A model generated the notes under the pieces. It was not told the DNA's origin and made no database searches. It saw only the letters and a list, made by a program, of their open reading frames with translations. Below are positions 30,515 through 40,491 of a stretch of DNA of 64,000 nucleotides, in pieces. This DNA comes from Candidatus Latescibacterota bacterium (GTDB taxonomy: Bacteria > Latescibacterota > UBA2968 > UBA8231). The translations under genes were made by a program, and so were the position numbers. Each line of letters starts with the position of its first letter. Positions within the stretch are counted from its first letter, which is position 1. The stretch covers positions 1,472,001-1,536,000 of the forward strand of contig OZ242318.1 in NCBI GenBank assembly GCA_965208105.1, in the 5' to 3' direction.

Positions 30515-32656
30515 ATGGCAATCGACCTCAAAAACCCGGATTTCTACATCAATCGCGAACTCTCCTGGCTGGACTTCAACCGGCGGGTCCTCGAGGAAGC
30601 GCAGGATCCCGGCAATCCTCTCCTGGAACGGGTAAAGTTCCTTGCCATCGTGGCCAACAATCTGGACGAGTTCTTCGAGGTCCGTGTAGCCGGCCTCCTG
30701 CAGATGCGCGAAGAGGGAACCCGCCCCACCGGTCCGGACCGCCTGCCCCCGGAGCAACAACTCGAAAGAATCGCCGGCAATGCCCATCGCCTGGTGGAGG
30801 ACCAGTACCGCTGCTGGAAAGAGGACCTGTTGCCCGCTCTTGCCCGAGAGGGGATCTACCTGTGGGAGGCGCGCAAGCTGGAGGGCGACCACCTGTCCTT
30901 CATCAGGAGCTACTGGAAGGAGGAACTCGAGCCGATTCTGACGCCCATAGTCGTCGACCCTGCCCATCCCTTCCCCCGGGTTATCAACAAGGCCCTCTGC
31001 ATCGGCGCCCTGCTCGAGGGGGAAGACCGGACCGCGCTGGGAGTAGCCACCGTGCCGCGGGTGCTGCCGCGGATCCTGCGGCTTCCCAACAAGGGGGAGG
31101 ATATCCATTTCGTCACCCTGGGCGGTATCATGGAGTTCCTGGTCAACGATCTGTTCAGCGGCCACCGTGTCCTCGGGACGGCAGCTTTCCGGATTACGCG
31201 CAACAGCGAGCTCTACGTCAACGAGGAAGAGGCCGACAACCTGCTGGAGGAGATCGTCCAGAAGCTCAACGACCGCCGCAAGGGAGACGCGGTGCGCCTC
31301 GAGATCGCCGCCAATGCTCCGAATCAGCTGGTGAAACAGCTTCAGGACCAATTCGAACTGGACGGCGACCAGGTCTACCGCGCCGACGGCCCGGTCAATC
31401 TCAACCGGGTAATGTCCATCTACGGCGACGTGCCGCGGCCGGACCTGAAGTTTTCGACCTTCGCGCCAGTGAAGCAGAATCTTCCCAGGGAACCGGAGGC
31501 CTTTTTCGGATCCGTGCGCCAACGCGATATCCTCCTGCATCACCCCTATGAATCCTTCGAAACTGTGATCGATTTCATCAACATGGCCGCCGAGGATCCC
31601 AAGGTCCTCGCCATAAAGCAGACCCTGTACAGGACCGGTGAGGACTCGAAGGTGGCTCAGGCTCTGGTCGATGCCGCCAATAACGGCAAGGAGGTGACGG
31701 TCCTGGTCGAGCTCAAGGCGCGCTTCGACGAAGCATCCAACGTGGAGAGAGCGAAGGTCTTCGAGGAGAGCGGCGTCCACGTGGTCTATGGAGTCATGGG
31801 CCTGAAGACCCACTGCAAGCTCTCCATGCTGGTGCGCCGGGACCGCGACCGGCTGCGGCGCTACGTGCACCTCGGGACCGGGAACTACAACCACATCACC
31901 GCGCGCTTCTACACGGACCTGGGATTGATCACCGCACGCTCCGACATCACCGCCGACGTGGCCAAAGTCTTCGACCTTCTAACCGCACGCGCTCCCCAGA
32001 CCTCCCTGCAGAAGCTGCTGGTGGCTCCCTCCAACCTCCTCCAGGGGACCCTCGAGCGCATCGAACGCGAGTCTGAACACGCCCGCGCCGGCCGGCCGGC
32101 CGCCATTATCGCCAAGATGAACGGTCTGGTGGACCCGCAGGTAATCAGGGCACTCTACCGCGCCTCCCAGGCCGGCGTGCAGATCGACCTGATCGTCCGC
32201 GGCATCTGTTGCCTGCGCCCCGGACTTCCCGGCGTCAGCGAGAACATCCGGGTCTACAGCATTATCGGTCGCTACCTGGAGCACAGCAGGGTCTTCTACT
32301 TCACCAACGGAGGCGACAGGGAGGTCTGGGCGGGAAGCGCCGACTGGATGAACCGCAACCTGCGCGGCCGCGTCGAGGTGGTCTTCCCCATAGAAAGCGA
32401 ATCCCTGAAGCAGAGGATCTACGGCGAGCTGCTGAAACTCTGTCTCGGCGACAGGGTCAAATCCCGCATGCTGCAGCCGGATGGCAGCTATACTCGCCTG
32501 CAACCGTCCCCTGACGAAGGGGCCTGCGTGAGCGCCCAGGACGCCCTCATGCTGATCGCCCTGGGGCAGGACCTTCAGGCGCCTGGAAACCTCGCCGTGC
32601 CCGGCAATGGACAGCCCCGGAGGAGATCCCAGGCTCCTTCGCCAAAATCGCCCTGA
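30515..32656 (+). CDS. ppk1: Polyphosphate kinase 1
   Basis: NRELSWLDFNRRVL, NLDEFFEVRVA, LHHPYESF, ELKARFDE, KTHCK, HLGTGNYN, GRYLEHSR, SADWM.RN. Confidence 0.97.
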   Translation: MAIDLKNPDFYINRELSWLDFNRRVLEEAQDPGNPLLERVKFLAIVANNLDEFFEVRVAGLLQMREEGTRPTGPDRLPPEQQLERIAGNAHRLVEDQYRCWKEDLLPALAREGIYLWEARKLEGDHLSFIRSYWKEELEPILTPIVVDPAHPFPRVINKALCIGALLEGEDRTALGVATVPRVLPRILRLPNKGEDIHFVTLGGIMEFLVNDLFSGHRVLGTAAFRITRNSELYVNEEEADNLLEEIVQKLNDRRKGDAVRLEIAANAPNQLVKQLQDQFELDGDQVYRADGPVNLNRVMSIYGDVPRPDLKFSTFAPVKQNLPREPEAFFGSVRQRDILLHHPYESFETVIDFINMAAEDPKVLAIKQTLYRTGEDSKVAQALVDAANNGKEVTVLVELKARFDEASNVERAKVFEESGVHVVYGVMGLKTHCKLSMLVRRDRDRLRRYVHLGTGNYNHITARFYTDLGLITARSDITADVAKVFDLLTARAPQTSLQKLLVAPSNLLQGTLERIERESEHARAGRPAAIIAKMNGLVDPQVIRALYRASQAGVQIDLIVRGICCLRPGLPGVSENIRVYSIIGRYLEHSRVFYFTNGGDREVWAGSADWMNRNLRGRVEVVFPIESESLKQRIYGELLKLCLGDRVKSRMLQPDGSYTRLQPSPDEGACVSAQDALMLIALGQDLQAPGNLAVPGNGQPRRRSQAPSPKSP

Positions 32657-32885
32657 CCCGCAAAACAGGCCCCGAATCCGCCCCGATCCAACCGACCGGC
32701 CCCCTGTGTACAGGTTCGAAGAAGGGGGGCCCGTGCATCCTCCGGCACGGTTCGATCGCCCCGTATGGACGGCCCGCTGCATGGCCCGTTGCGGCCCGGA
32801 CCACAAGTAGCGCGGAACCCTTTTATAGCGTATATTTCGGTTGAATTCTTAGCTGGCTTGCCTCCACCGCGGGAAAGTACGTCCA

Positions 32886-33638
32886 ATGAACTACGACATC
32901 AGCGATCTACTGAAGCAGTGGCAATTCGACCCCAACGAATTCACCGCCCGCCGGATCAAGTCCAAAGACGGCACCGAAAAAATCCAGATCCGCATGGATC
33001 TGGGAATAATGCAGCTTGAATTGAATGGCCGTCCCGACGGTCAACACCCGCACGATCACCCATCCCTGCTGGATTACTACGAGACCATCAACGAAGATAT
33101 CAGCCTGGACGAGGAGCAATGCGAGGGGCTATTTCAGGAGGCATGGCAGTACTATCATCGCTACCTGAGCCTGTTCTACCTCGAGGATTACGCGGGTGTC
33201 GTGCGCGACACGGATCATGTTCTGGGCATTTTCCAGACCGTGCAGAAATATGCCAACAGCGAAGAGGTCAAGTGGTACTTCGATCAGTATTATCCCCACA
33301 GCATCATGATGCAGACCAGGGCAAAGGCCATGCTCGCGCTCGGCGAGGACGACTACCAGGTCGCTCTGCGGGAAATTCAGGCGGGCATTGGACAACTGGA
33401 ACAATACCTGGAAGAGTGGGAAGGGGAGGGCCTCGAGGAAGACCTGCCCGAGCTCTCCTTCCTGCGCGAATGGCACGAAGAGGTGGAACAGAAAAGGCCG
33501 CTGTCCAGGCGCGAGCAGTTGGAACGCGACCTGAACGTGGCCGTGGCCACGGAGAATTTCGAGGAGGCTGCCAGGCTGCGGGACAAGATTCAAACCATGT
33601 GGCCCGGACCTCGCCGCCTTTTCAGGCCCGAACACTGA
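32886..33638 (+). CDS. Conserved protein with C-terminal UVR (UvrB/UvrC) motif
   Basis: KIQIRMDLGIMQLE..GRPDG N-terminal block; C-terminal AVATENFEEAARLRDKI. Confidence 0.8.
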   Translation: MNYDISDLLKQWQFDPNEFTARRIKSKDGTEKIQIRMDLGIMQLELNGRPDGQHPHDHPSLLDYYETINEDISLDEEQCEGLFQEAWQYYHRYLSLFYLEDYAGVVRDTDHVLGIFQTVQKYANSEEVKWYFDQYYPHSIMMQTRAKAMLALGEDDYQVALREIQAGIGQLEQYLEEWEGEGLEEDLPELSFLREWHEEVEQKRPLSRREQLERDLNVAVATENFEEAARLRDKIQTMWPGPRRLFRPEH

Positions 33639-33687
33639 AACCCCGTTTCCGCCCGGCAGGCATTTGTGGCGCGCCGCCGAGCGGCCC

Positions 33688-34491
33688 CTAGCCTATACCC
33701 AGCACATCCCACATGGAATAGAGGCCCGGTTTGGCCCGGGCCACGAAGCGCGCCGCCCGCAACGCCCCGAGGGCAAAGGAATCGCGGCTGGTAGCGTGAT
33801 GACGCAGCTCCATGTACTCGCCCGAAGCGCCGAACATCACCGTGTGGTCGCCGGCCAGATCGCCGGCGCGAACGGCGTGTATGCCTATCTCCTTCCGGGT
33901 CCGCTCGCCGACCAGGCCCTGCCGTCCATGGACGGCTACCTCGCCCAGGTCGCTGCCCAGTCCCTCCGCGGCCTTCGCAGCCAGCCCCAGGGCCGAGCCG
34001 CTGGGCGCGTCCACCTTCAGGCGATGGTGCGCTTCCACCACTTCCACATCGTAGTCGTCGCCGAGAATCCGGGCGGCATCCTCGACCAGCTTGAACAGGA
34101 CGTTCATGGCGGTGCTGTAGTTCGGGGCGAAAACGCAGGGAATGGGCTGCACTATCCGGTGAAACTCGGCTAACTGCTCGTCCGAAAAGCCCGTGGTGCC
34201 CACCACCATGGCCGCCTCTTTTTCCGCGCACACAGCCGCGTCTTCGAGAGTGGCCTCGGGTGTGGTGAAGACGATTGCGATCCGTCCCTTCTGCGCCTGG
34301 GATCCGAGGTCGTCGCTCACCTTCAGCCCCATGTGCCGAGAGCCCAGAACCTCTCCGAGGTCCCGGCCGATGGCGGGGTGGCCGGGCCGCTCTTTGCCTC
34401 CAGCCAGCTCCAGGTCCTCGCTGTCGATGATGAGACTGCCCAGGCGCTGCCCCATGCGTCCGGCTACTCCGCATACTACTATGTCGGCCAT
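33688..34491 (-). CDS. dapB: 4-hydroxy-tetrahydrodipicolinate reductase
   Basis: GVAGRMG, VGTTG, EAHHRLKVDAPSGSA, FALGA. Confidence 0.96.
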   Translation of the reverse strand: MADIVVCGVAGRMGQRLGSLIIDSEDLELAGGKERPGHPAIGRDLGEVLGSRHMGLKVSDDLGSQAQKGRIAIVFTTPEATLEDAAVCAEKEAAMVVGTTGFSDEQLAEFHRIVQPIPCVFAPNYSTAMNVLFKLVEDAARILGDDYDVEVVEAHHRLKVDAPSGSALGLAAKAAEGLGSDLGEVAVHGRQGLVGERTRKEIGIHAVRAGDLAGDHTVMFGASGEYMELRHHATSRDSFALGALRAARFVARAKPGLYSMWDVLGIG

Positions 34492-34524
34492 GGGCTCCTG
34501 CCTGCCGTTCCGGCTCCAGCCATG

Positions 34525-35562
34525 TCAGTAGGCGCCGTATGTGAGGGCTTCCACCAGATTTTCATCCCCCAGACGGGCATCGATGTCCACTCCGAAGAAC
34601 TCGGCCACCGGCGCAAGTGTGGAGGAATCGCTTTCGTGAGCCTGACGCGCCGCCTCGACAACTACACTGACTCCGGCCCTGGTCATCTTCCCCAGTGGAC
34701 GGCGGCAGGGACCAGAAGGCATTCCCAGAAGGTTCATCAAGGTCTTGACCGCAAGGGGGTTCCGCGCCTTGCACTGCACCGGACCATAGGGAGATTGCTC
34801 GATGGTCGATACGGTGACTATGGCGAACAGCGGCTGCAGCTTTTCAGCCAATTCGTCCGCGGCGGCCCCGTCGCCCGCATTGAGGAGCTCGGTCAGGCGC
34901 TGGACCGGCCCGGGAATCACGTTCGAGGCCACCGAGATCACGCCTGAAGCATTGATACTGTCGCTTTTCATCATGGCCACGGTCTTGTCATCGTCCCCGG
35001 AAAGAATGGAGAAATCGTCGCCGCAGAGCCGCCGGGTCTTGGCCATGTTCTCCAGATCACCGGTGGCCTCCTTGACGGAGGAGACGTTGGCGAACCTGCC
35101 GGCCAGGATGGCCAGGTCTTCTGCCAGCATCATGGTTCCGGTGCGGCCGGGAATGACGTAGGGAATCACCTGGAGTTGGGGGAATTCCCGCGCAACGGGT
35201 TCGACGTACTCGCGCCTTATCTCCAGGGAACTGGGTCCGTTGTAGTATGGATCGACCAGGAGCACGGCATGGGCGCCCAGGTGAGCGGCATGTTCGGAGC
35301 CCGCCAGGGTCTGGCGGGTGGAATTGCTGCCCGTGCCGGCGATGGCCACGCGGTCCTTCGGGACCTGCTTGCAGGTAAGCTCGATCACCTGGTCGTGCTC
35401 CTCCCCCAGAAGGGTCGGGCTCTCGCCCGTGGTCCCGACGGCCAAAACTCCCTGTACGCCGTTGGCGATTTGAAACTCAATGAGCCGCTCGAGTCCGGCA
35501 AAATCGATGGCGCCGTCCTCTTTCATAGGCGTTATCAGCGCGGTATAGCAACCTTCGAACAT
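34525..35562 (-). CDS. dapA: 4-hydroxy-tetrahydrodipicolinate synthase
   Basis: ALITP, GTTGESPTL, GTGSNST, PYYN, KEATG, SGDD; upstream of dapB. Confidence 0.93.
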   Translation of the reverse strand: MFEGCYTALITPMKEDGAIDFAGLERLIEFQIANGVQGVLAVGTTGESPTLLGEEHDQVIELTCKQVPKDRVAIAGTGSNSTRQTLAGSEHAAHLGAHAVLLVDPYYNGPSSLEIRREYVEPVAREFPQLQVIPYVIPGRTGTMMLAEDLAILAGRFANVSSVKEATGDLENMAKTRRLCGDDFSILSGDDDKTVAMMKSDSINASGVISVASNVIPGPVQRLTELLNAGDGAAADELAEKLQPLFAIVTVSTIEQSPYGPVQCKARNPLAVKTLMNLLGMPSGPCRRPLGKMTRAGVSVVVEAARQAHESDSSTLAPVAEFFGVDIDARLGDENLVEALTYGAY

Positions 35563-35691
35563 GGGTCATTCCCTCGTCCCTTGCGGGAAACTCATCCCTT
35601 GCGGGAAAGCAGTAATTTTGCGAGCATAACCTCTCTCGGCGGGAGGCAACATAATAACCAGGCTGTTATCCCTTGTCAATCGGGGTGGAGC

Positions 35692-36867
35692 ATGCCCTCA
35701 GAGTTGAAACTTCGCTACGGCTGCAATCCCCATCAGGGCGGTGCGCGAGCCTACATGCGCGGCGGCGGCGACCTCCCGCTGCAGGTCCTCAACGGAGCTC
35801 TCAGCTACATCAACCTGATGGATGCGCTCAACTCCTGGCCGTTGGTACGCGAACTCAAGCAGGCCCTGGACCTCCCTGCCGCCGCTTCCTTCAAACACCT
35901 CAGTCCGGCCGGAGCCGCGGTGGCCGTGCCCCTCGACCCACCCCTGAGGAAGGCCTATTTCGTCGAGAAGATGGACCTCAGTCCCCTCGCCACAGCCTAC
36001 GCCCGCGCCCGCGGCGCCGACCGCCTGGCGTCCTTCGGAGACTGGATTGCCCTGAGCGATCGAGTGGACCGCTCCACCGCTCGGCTGATCAAGGTGGAGG
36101 TCTCCGACGGGGTGATTGCTCCAGGTTACGAAGACGATGCCCTCCGCCTTCTCAAAAGCAAGAAAGGCGGCAACTACCCCGTACTGCAGATCGACCCGGG
36201 CTTCGAGTCTTCCGGGTTTGAAAGCCGGGAGGTCTTCGGGGTCACCCTGGAGCAACAGCGCAATTCCTTCGTCCCGGACAATGCCTTTTTCTCGAGAGTG
36301 GTGACCGAGAGAAAAGACCTCCCTGCCAGCGCCCGGCGAGACCTGACGGTAGCGACCATCGCCCTGAAGTACACCCAGTCCAACTCCGTCTGCCTGGCCC
36401 TCGACGGCCAGGTCATCGGCATCGGCGCCGGCCAGCAATCGCGCGTTCACTGCGTGCGTTTGGCCGCCGCCAAGGCGGACAACTGGCGCCTTCGCCAGCA
36501 CCCGGGCTGCCGCAGCATGAGGTTCAAGAAAGGTATCTCGAGGGCGGAGCGCATAAATGCCATAGACCTATTCCTGCAGGAGGAGGCAACCCCGGCCGAG
36601 TTGGAAGCCTGGGAAGCCAACTTCCAGGAGGTTCCCCGGCGCCTCACGACAGAAGAAAAGCGCGAGTGGCTGAACGGTCTGAGAAGAGTCGCCCTCGGTT
36701 CGGATGCTTTTTTTCCATTCAGGGACAATATCGATCGGGCACACAGAAGCGGCGTGGAGTACGTGGTCCAGACCGGCGGCTCGGTGCAGGACCGGCAGGT
36801 GATCGAGGCGGCCAACCAGTACGGAATGACGATGATCAACTCGGGGATCAGGCTCTTTCACCACTGA
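35692..36867 (+). CDS. Stand-alone AICAR transformylase (PurH C-terminal domain only)
   Basis: LRYGCNPHQ, SFKH.SPAG, KYTQSNSV, GAGQQSR.HC, SDAFFPF.D, RLFHH; no IMP cyclohydrolase domain. Confidence 0.9.
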   Translation: MPSELKLRYGCNPHQGGARAYMRGGGDLPLQVLNGALSYINLMDALNSWPLVRELKQALDLPAAASFKHLSPAGAAVAVPLDPPLRKAYFVEKMDLSPLATAYARARGADRLASFGDWIALSDRVDRSTARLIKVEVSDGVIAPGYEDDALRLLKSKKGGNYPVLQIDPGFESSGFESREVFGVTLEQQRNSFVPDNAFFSRVVTERKDLPASARRDLTVATIALKYTQSNSVCLALDGQVIGIGAGQQSRVHCVRLAAAKADNWRLRQHPGCRSMRFKKGISRAERINAIDLFLQEEATPAELEAWEANFQEVPRRLTTEEKREWLNGLRRVALGSDAFFPFRDNIDRAHRSGVEYVVQTGGSVQDRQVIEAANQYGMTMINSGIRLFHH

Positions 36868-36906
36868 AGCCTCGATGCCCGTGGTCCGTGGGGGCATTGG
36901 CCGCTT

Positions 36907-37683
36907 CTACATAATCGGCGCCAACCAGCCTCCATCCACGGGCAGCGCCGTGCCCGTAATCCACTCGGCATCCTCGGAAGCGAAAAACACGCAGGCGCGG
37001 CCTATATCGCGGGGTGTGCCGAAGCGGGGCAGGGGAGTCCGATCGAGCGCGGCGGCGATCTGTTCCTCGGTCTGATAGTCCTGGATGGGCGTCTCGATAT
37101 ACCCGGGACAGATGGCATTGACAGTTATGTTGTCGGGAGCGACCTCTACCGCGGTATCCCGGGTAAGATTCACAACCGCCGCCTTGGAAGGGGCGTAGGC
37201 CGGACCGCTGCCGCCGTGGAATGCGTGAACCGAGCTGATATTGATAATGCGCCCGGCCGGCGATTTCCTCAGGTGCGGAAGGGCGAATTTGGTTGCCGTG
37301 AATACCCCCTTGAGGTTGACCGCCACAACCCGGTCCCAGTCCGGGATCGACAACTCCTGGCTGTTGCCCACTATGGTAATTCCGGCGTTGTTGACCAGGA
37401 TGTCGAGGCCGCCAAAATGCTCGACGCTGCGGATAATCAGTTGGCGCACGGCTTCCGGGTCTCCCATATCCGTGCGCACGAAGAGGCCCTGTGCCCCCAG
37501 TTCTTCAACCTCGGTCACCGTGGAGGTGCGCAGATCCCGGTCGTGGTATTTTCCCCTCTTGGGCTCTTCCTGGATATCGGCCACCACCACCTTGGCGCCT
37601 TCCCGGGCGAACTCCAGGGAGATCCCCCTCCCGATCCCCGAGCTTCCGCCGGTGACGACTGCAACTCTATCTCGCAAACGCAT
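36907..37683 (-). CDS. SDR-family oxidoreductase
   Basis: TGGSSGIG, NNAG, YAPSK, PG..T. Confidence 0.92.
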   Translation of the reverse strand: MRLRDRVAVVTGGSSGIGRGISLEFAREGAKVVVADIQEEPKRGKYHDRDLRTSTVTEVEELGAQGLFVRTDMGDPEAVRQLIIRSVEHFGGLDILVNNAGITIVGNSQELSIPDWDRVVAVNLKGVFTATKFALPHLRKSPAGRIINISSVHAFHGGSGPAYAPSKAAVVNLTRDTAVEVAPDNITVNAICPGYIETPIQDYQTEEQIAAALDRTPLPRFGTPRDIGRACVFFASEDAEWITGTALPVDGGWLAPIM

Positions 37684-37919
37684 CTTGAATTCTCCTCGTA
37701 TTTGTCATCGTGCCCAGGGGAAGCCCCAACTTTGGACCTTGCATGCGGCAGGCATCGGGCTCGGACGTGCCTGCCTCCCATAACCCGACCACGGCACTCA
37801 TCGCCGGCTCCCTGGAGGCGGAGCCATTTTCCGTTTCGGCCTCCAGGATCCGTTGCCGGTATCGGTTTGATTTTCGATAGTCTAGCTACCTGCAATTTCA
37901 ATGTCAATGAGGAGGGACC

Positions 37920-38558
37920 GTGAGCCGCGGCCACAGATTCCATCCCATTCTTTACCTGCTTTTTATCGCCATCCACGGACCGGCACTAACCGGCTCCTCC
38001 GACCCGGAGGAGCGCGGGGAGCCTGCGGACTGGATAGCACTCGTCCTGGAGGACCGCGAGGCCCGGGACGATTTCCTGCGCAGTTCGCAGGACTCCCCCC
38101 TCCCGGTCCCGCTGCGGCCGGGGTTCAAGGGCCTGGACTATTATCCCCCGGACCCCAGGTACCGCCTGGTCGGGGGTCTCCAAATCTATGGCCAACGCCG
38201 GAAAATACAGGTTCCCACCAACGCGGGTTCCCTGGTGCCCATGGAGAGATTCGGCCGCCTGGTGGCCCGCCTGGAGGGAACTTCTTTCCGCCTGGAGGTC
38301 TATCGCAGCCTGGAAGAGGACGAGCTCCTCGCCCTGTTCAAGGATTCGACCAGCGGCAAGCAGACCTATTCGGGTGGCCGATACGTGCGTCTGACCCCAT
38401 TGGGAAATGGAAGCTATCTTCTGGATTTCAATAGAGCTTACAACCCATATTGTGCCTACAGTCCCGACTATGTCTGTCCCATGCCGCCACCCCAGAACCA
38501 CCTCTCCCTGAGCATTCGAGCCGGGGAGAGAGCCTTTGGCACAGATCTTGCACAATAA
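37920..38558 (+). CDS. DUF1684 domain protein
   Basis: FKDSTSGKQTYSGGRY, LDFNRAYNPYCAY....CP.PP..N.L...I.AGE. Confidence 0.9.
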   Translation: MSRGHRFHPILYLLFIAIHGPALTGSSDPEERGEPADWIALVLEDREARDDFLRSSQDSPLPVPLRPGFKGLDYYPPDPRYRLVGGLQIYGQRRKIQVPTNAGSLVPMERFGRLVARLEGTSFRLEVYRSLEEDELLALFKDSTSGKQTYSGGRYVRLTPLGNGSYLLDFNRAYNPYCAYSPDYVCPMPPPQNHLSLSIRAGERAFGTDLAQ

Positions 38559-38630
38559 CTTGCCAGCCCTTATCTTATGTATTTATTTGCTTGATTTCAG
38601 CATTGCAGCCATTGGTGGAGGAATTCAAAG

Positions 38631-38855
38631 TTGAATAGCATGTTTGCCAGAGAGTTGGATTTCAAACTCGAAGAAACGGAAAATACATACGCCGCCTGCC
38701 GCGCCCTGTCCCTTCGTGCCAGGCAGGTCAACTACGAAGCCAGGGAACAGGCTCAGAGCGAGACGACCGAGTCCGTGGCAGGTCCTGCGGTCATCGCCTT
38801 ATCCGACTACGCGAGAGGACGGATCGTCCTGACCGGTGAAGAAGAGTCTTCCTGA
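38631..38855 (+). CDS. rpoZ: RNA polymerase omega-subunit-like protein
   Basis: N.Y.....LS.RARQVN and P.VIAL.DY..GRI match the RpoZ pattern; GGAGG RBS. Not in the usual gmk/coaBC context. Confidence 0.65.
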   Translation: MNSMFARELDFKLEETENTYAACRALSLRARQVNYEAREQAQSETTESVAGPAVIALSDYARGRIVLTGEEESS

Positions 38856-39156
38856 TTTTTCCCTCGGCCAAACCCGGCAGTCCATGGTCTTCATTTGCAA
38901 GCCCCAGCCGCAATCGCCCACAACGACCCTTCTCTTCCTTTTTCACCTCGCCTGCATGCCTGAGTCGGCCACTGATTGACCCGTACCTTGCCGCGACCGG
39001 GACCGCAATTCATGTCGGCAACCTCCAGGATTAAATTTTGAGATTTCGACCTGATTTTTATTATATTACCTCCTCAGCTATCGATTCAGTCCATCCTGGA
39101 ACCTCGGGCATGTCCCGGGGAAAGGGCTCTTTGCGGCGTTTCATGCAGGCGGTTCC

Positions 39157-39687
39157 ATGAAGTTGATTCCGACGATAGTACTTGGGGGTCTCCTGAGCTT
39201 TCAAGCCCAGGTGAGTGGGGATGACTTCGCGCGATCGATTGGAGAGCCGCGAGGACACGCCGAGGATTACACGTTGTTGTTTTTGTTTTCTCCAGATGAC
39301 GCTGTACACCAGCTCCACGCCGAGGAACTGGAGGCCCTGTCCCGTTCCCTCAGGCGGGGCCTGCGGGTCGTTAAACTCAACTGGGCGAAGCAGGCTTCCC
39401 AGGTGAGGGCCAACACCCTGCCGGGTTTTCGGGGGCACGAAAGCATTGGCCACGAACTTTTGAGCGGATCAGGTCTGACCGGGAAAGGGAATCCGCCAGG
39501 CAGCTTGAAGGATCGACTCGGCACAGGAGTGGACCACGCCTTGCTCTTCGACGCCAAAGGCGAGCTGGTCGCCAGCGGATCGGGAGGCGATTTCCGCCGA
39601 ATTGTATCGGCCGTATCCCTGGAGTTGGCCACTCCAACCGAGGTGCAGGTGAGCACCTGGGGCAAGGTAAAGGAATTTTTTCGATAA
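39157..39687 (+). CDS. Secreted hypothetical protein with C-terminal TPT-V-x-x-S-T-W-G-K-V-K motif
   Basis: Signal peptide MKLIPTIVLGGLLSFQAQ; ends TPTEVQVSTWGKVKEFFR. Confidence 0.75.
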   Translation: MKLIPTIVLGGLLSFQAQVSGDDFARSIGEPRGHAEDYTLLFLFSPDDAVHQLHAEELEALSRSLRRGLRVVKLNWAKQASQVRANTLPGFRGHESIGHELLSGSGLTGKGNPPGSLKDRLGTGVDHALLFDAKGELVASGSGGDFRRIVSAVSLELATPTEVQVSTWGKVKEFFR

Positions 39688-39720
39688 AATAATTCTGATG
39701 ATCCCATCTACTGCAAACCG

Positions 39721-39750
39721 GGGGCTTTGGTTCTCAAGCCCCTTTTTTAT
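39721..39750 (+). terminator. Rho-independent terminator
   Basis: GGGGCTT-N8-AAGCCCC followed by T6. Confidence 0.8.
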
Positions 39751-39758
39751 TTGTTGAC

Positions 39759-40442
39759 ATGTCCATTCCGGAACCTCCTGCTCCAATCCAAATGCGCCGA
39801 AAAGATGGTTTTGCATGTGCCGTGCGCTTGTTGAGCAAGGGGGCTCTACGCTATCATCGGCTGACCGTAGAAGGAGGAGAGCACCTTCCCCGCCGCGGTG
39901 CGGCTCTGGTTTTGCCCAAACACCGGGCTTACCGCGATATCATGGTCGAGGGAGTACTTCTTTACGAACTGACCCGGCGGTATGCCAACTACGTCATGAA
40001 GGTGGGTCTCTACAGGCTTCTGGAACTATCCGGAGGGATCAGGATAGTTCGGCCCAAGGACCTCCGCCGCCTGAAAAACCGGGCAGAAAGAAGAGCGCAG
40101 ATTCTCCGGGCAAGGGAGCACAACCAGGTTGCCCTCGACTACCTGAGTTGGCTTTACAGGGAGGGAGAGATGGTAGTTTCCCACCCGGAGGGCATGCGCT
40201 GCCAGGACTCCCTGGGGCACCTGCAAAAAGAGATCGTCGAGCACATGCTGCAGGTCGAGCAGCACCACGGATTGAGGATTCCCATAATCCCCATCGGGTT
40301 GGAGTACGAAAGCTACAGGAAGCCGCTTTCCCGGATCTATTTCCGGGTTGGTGAACCCTTCTTTTCGGACGAGGTAGGCGATGTGAAGAAGGTAATGGAC
40401 CTGGTGGAAGATCGTCTTCGCGTGTTGAGCCGTTGTGGTTAA
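39759..40442 (+). CDS. PlsC-like acyltransferase
   Basis: PKHRAYRD (HxxxxD), HPEG.R, IPIIPIG. Start uncertain. Confidence 0.75.
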   Translation: MSIPEPPAPIQMRRKDGFACAVRLLSKGALRYHRLTVEGGEHLPRRGAALVLPKHRAYRDIMVEGVLLYELTRRYANYVMKVGLYRLLELSGGIRIVRPKDLRRLKNRAERRAQILRAREHNQVALDYLSWLYREGEMVVSHPEGMRCQDSLGHLQKEIVEHMLQVEQHHGLRIPIIPIGLEYESYRKPLSRIYFRVGEPFFSDEVGDVKKVMDLVEDRLRVLSRCG

Positions 40443-40491
40443 GCATCTACCTCATATCCCTTATCCCCCTTCGATACGGCGCAGGCAGGAA

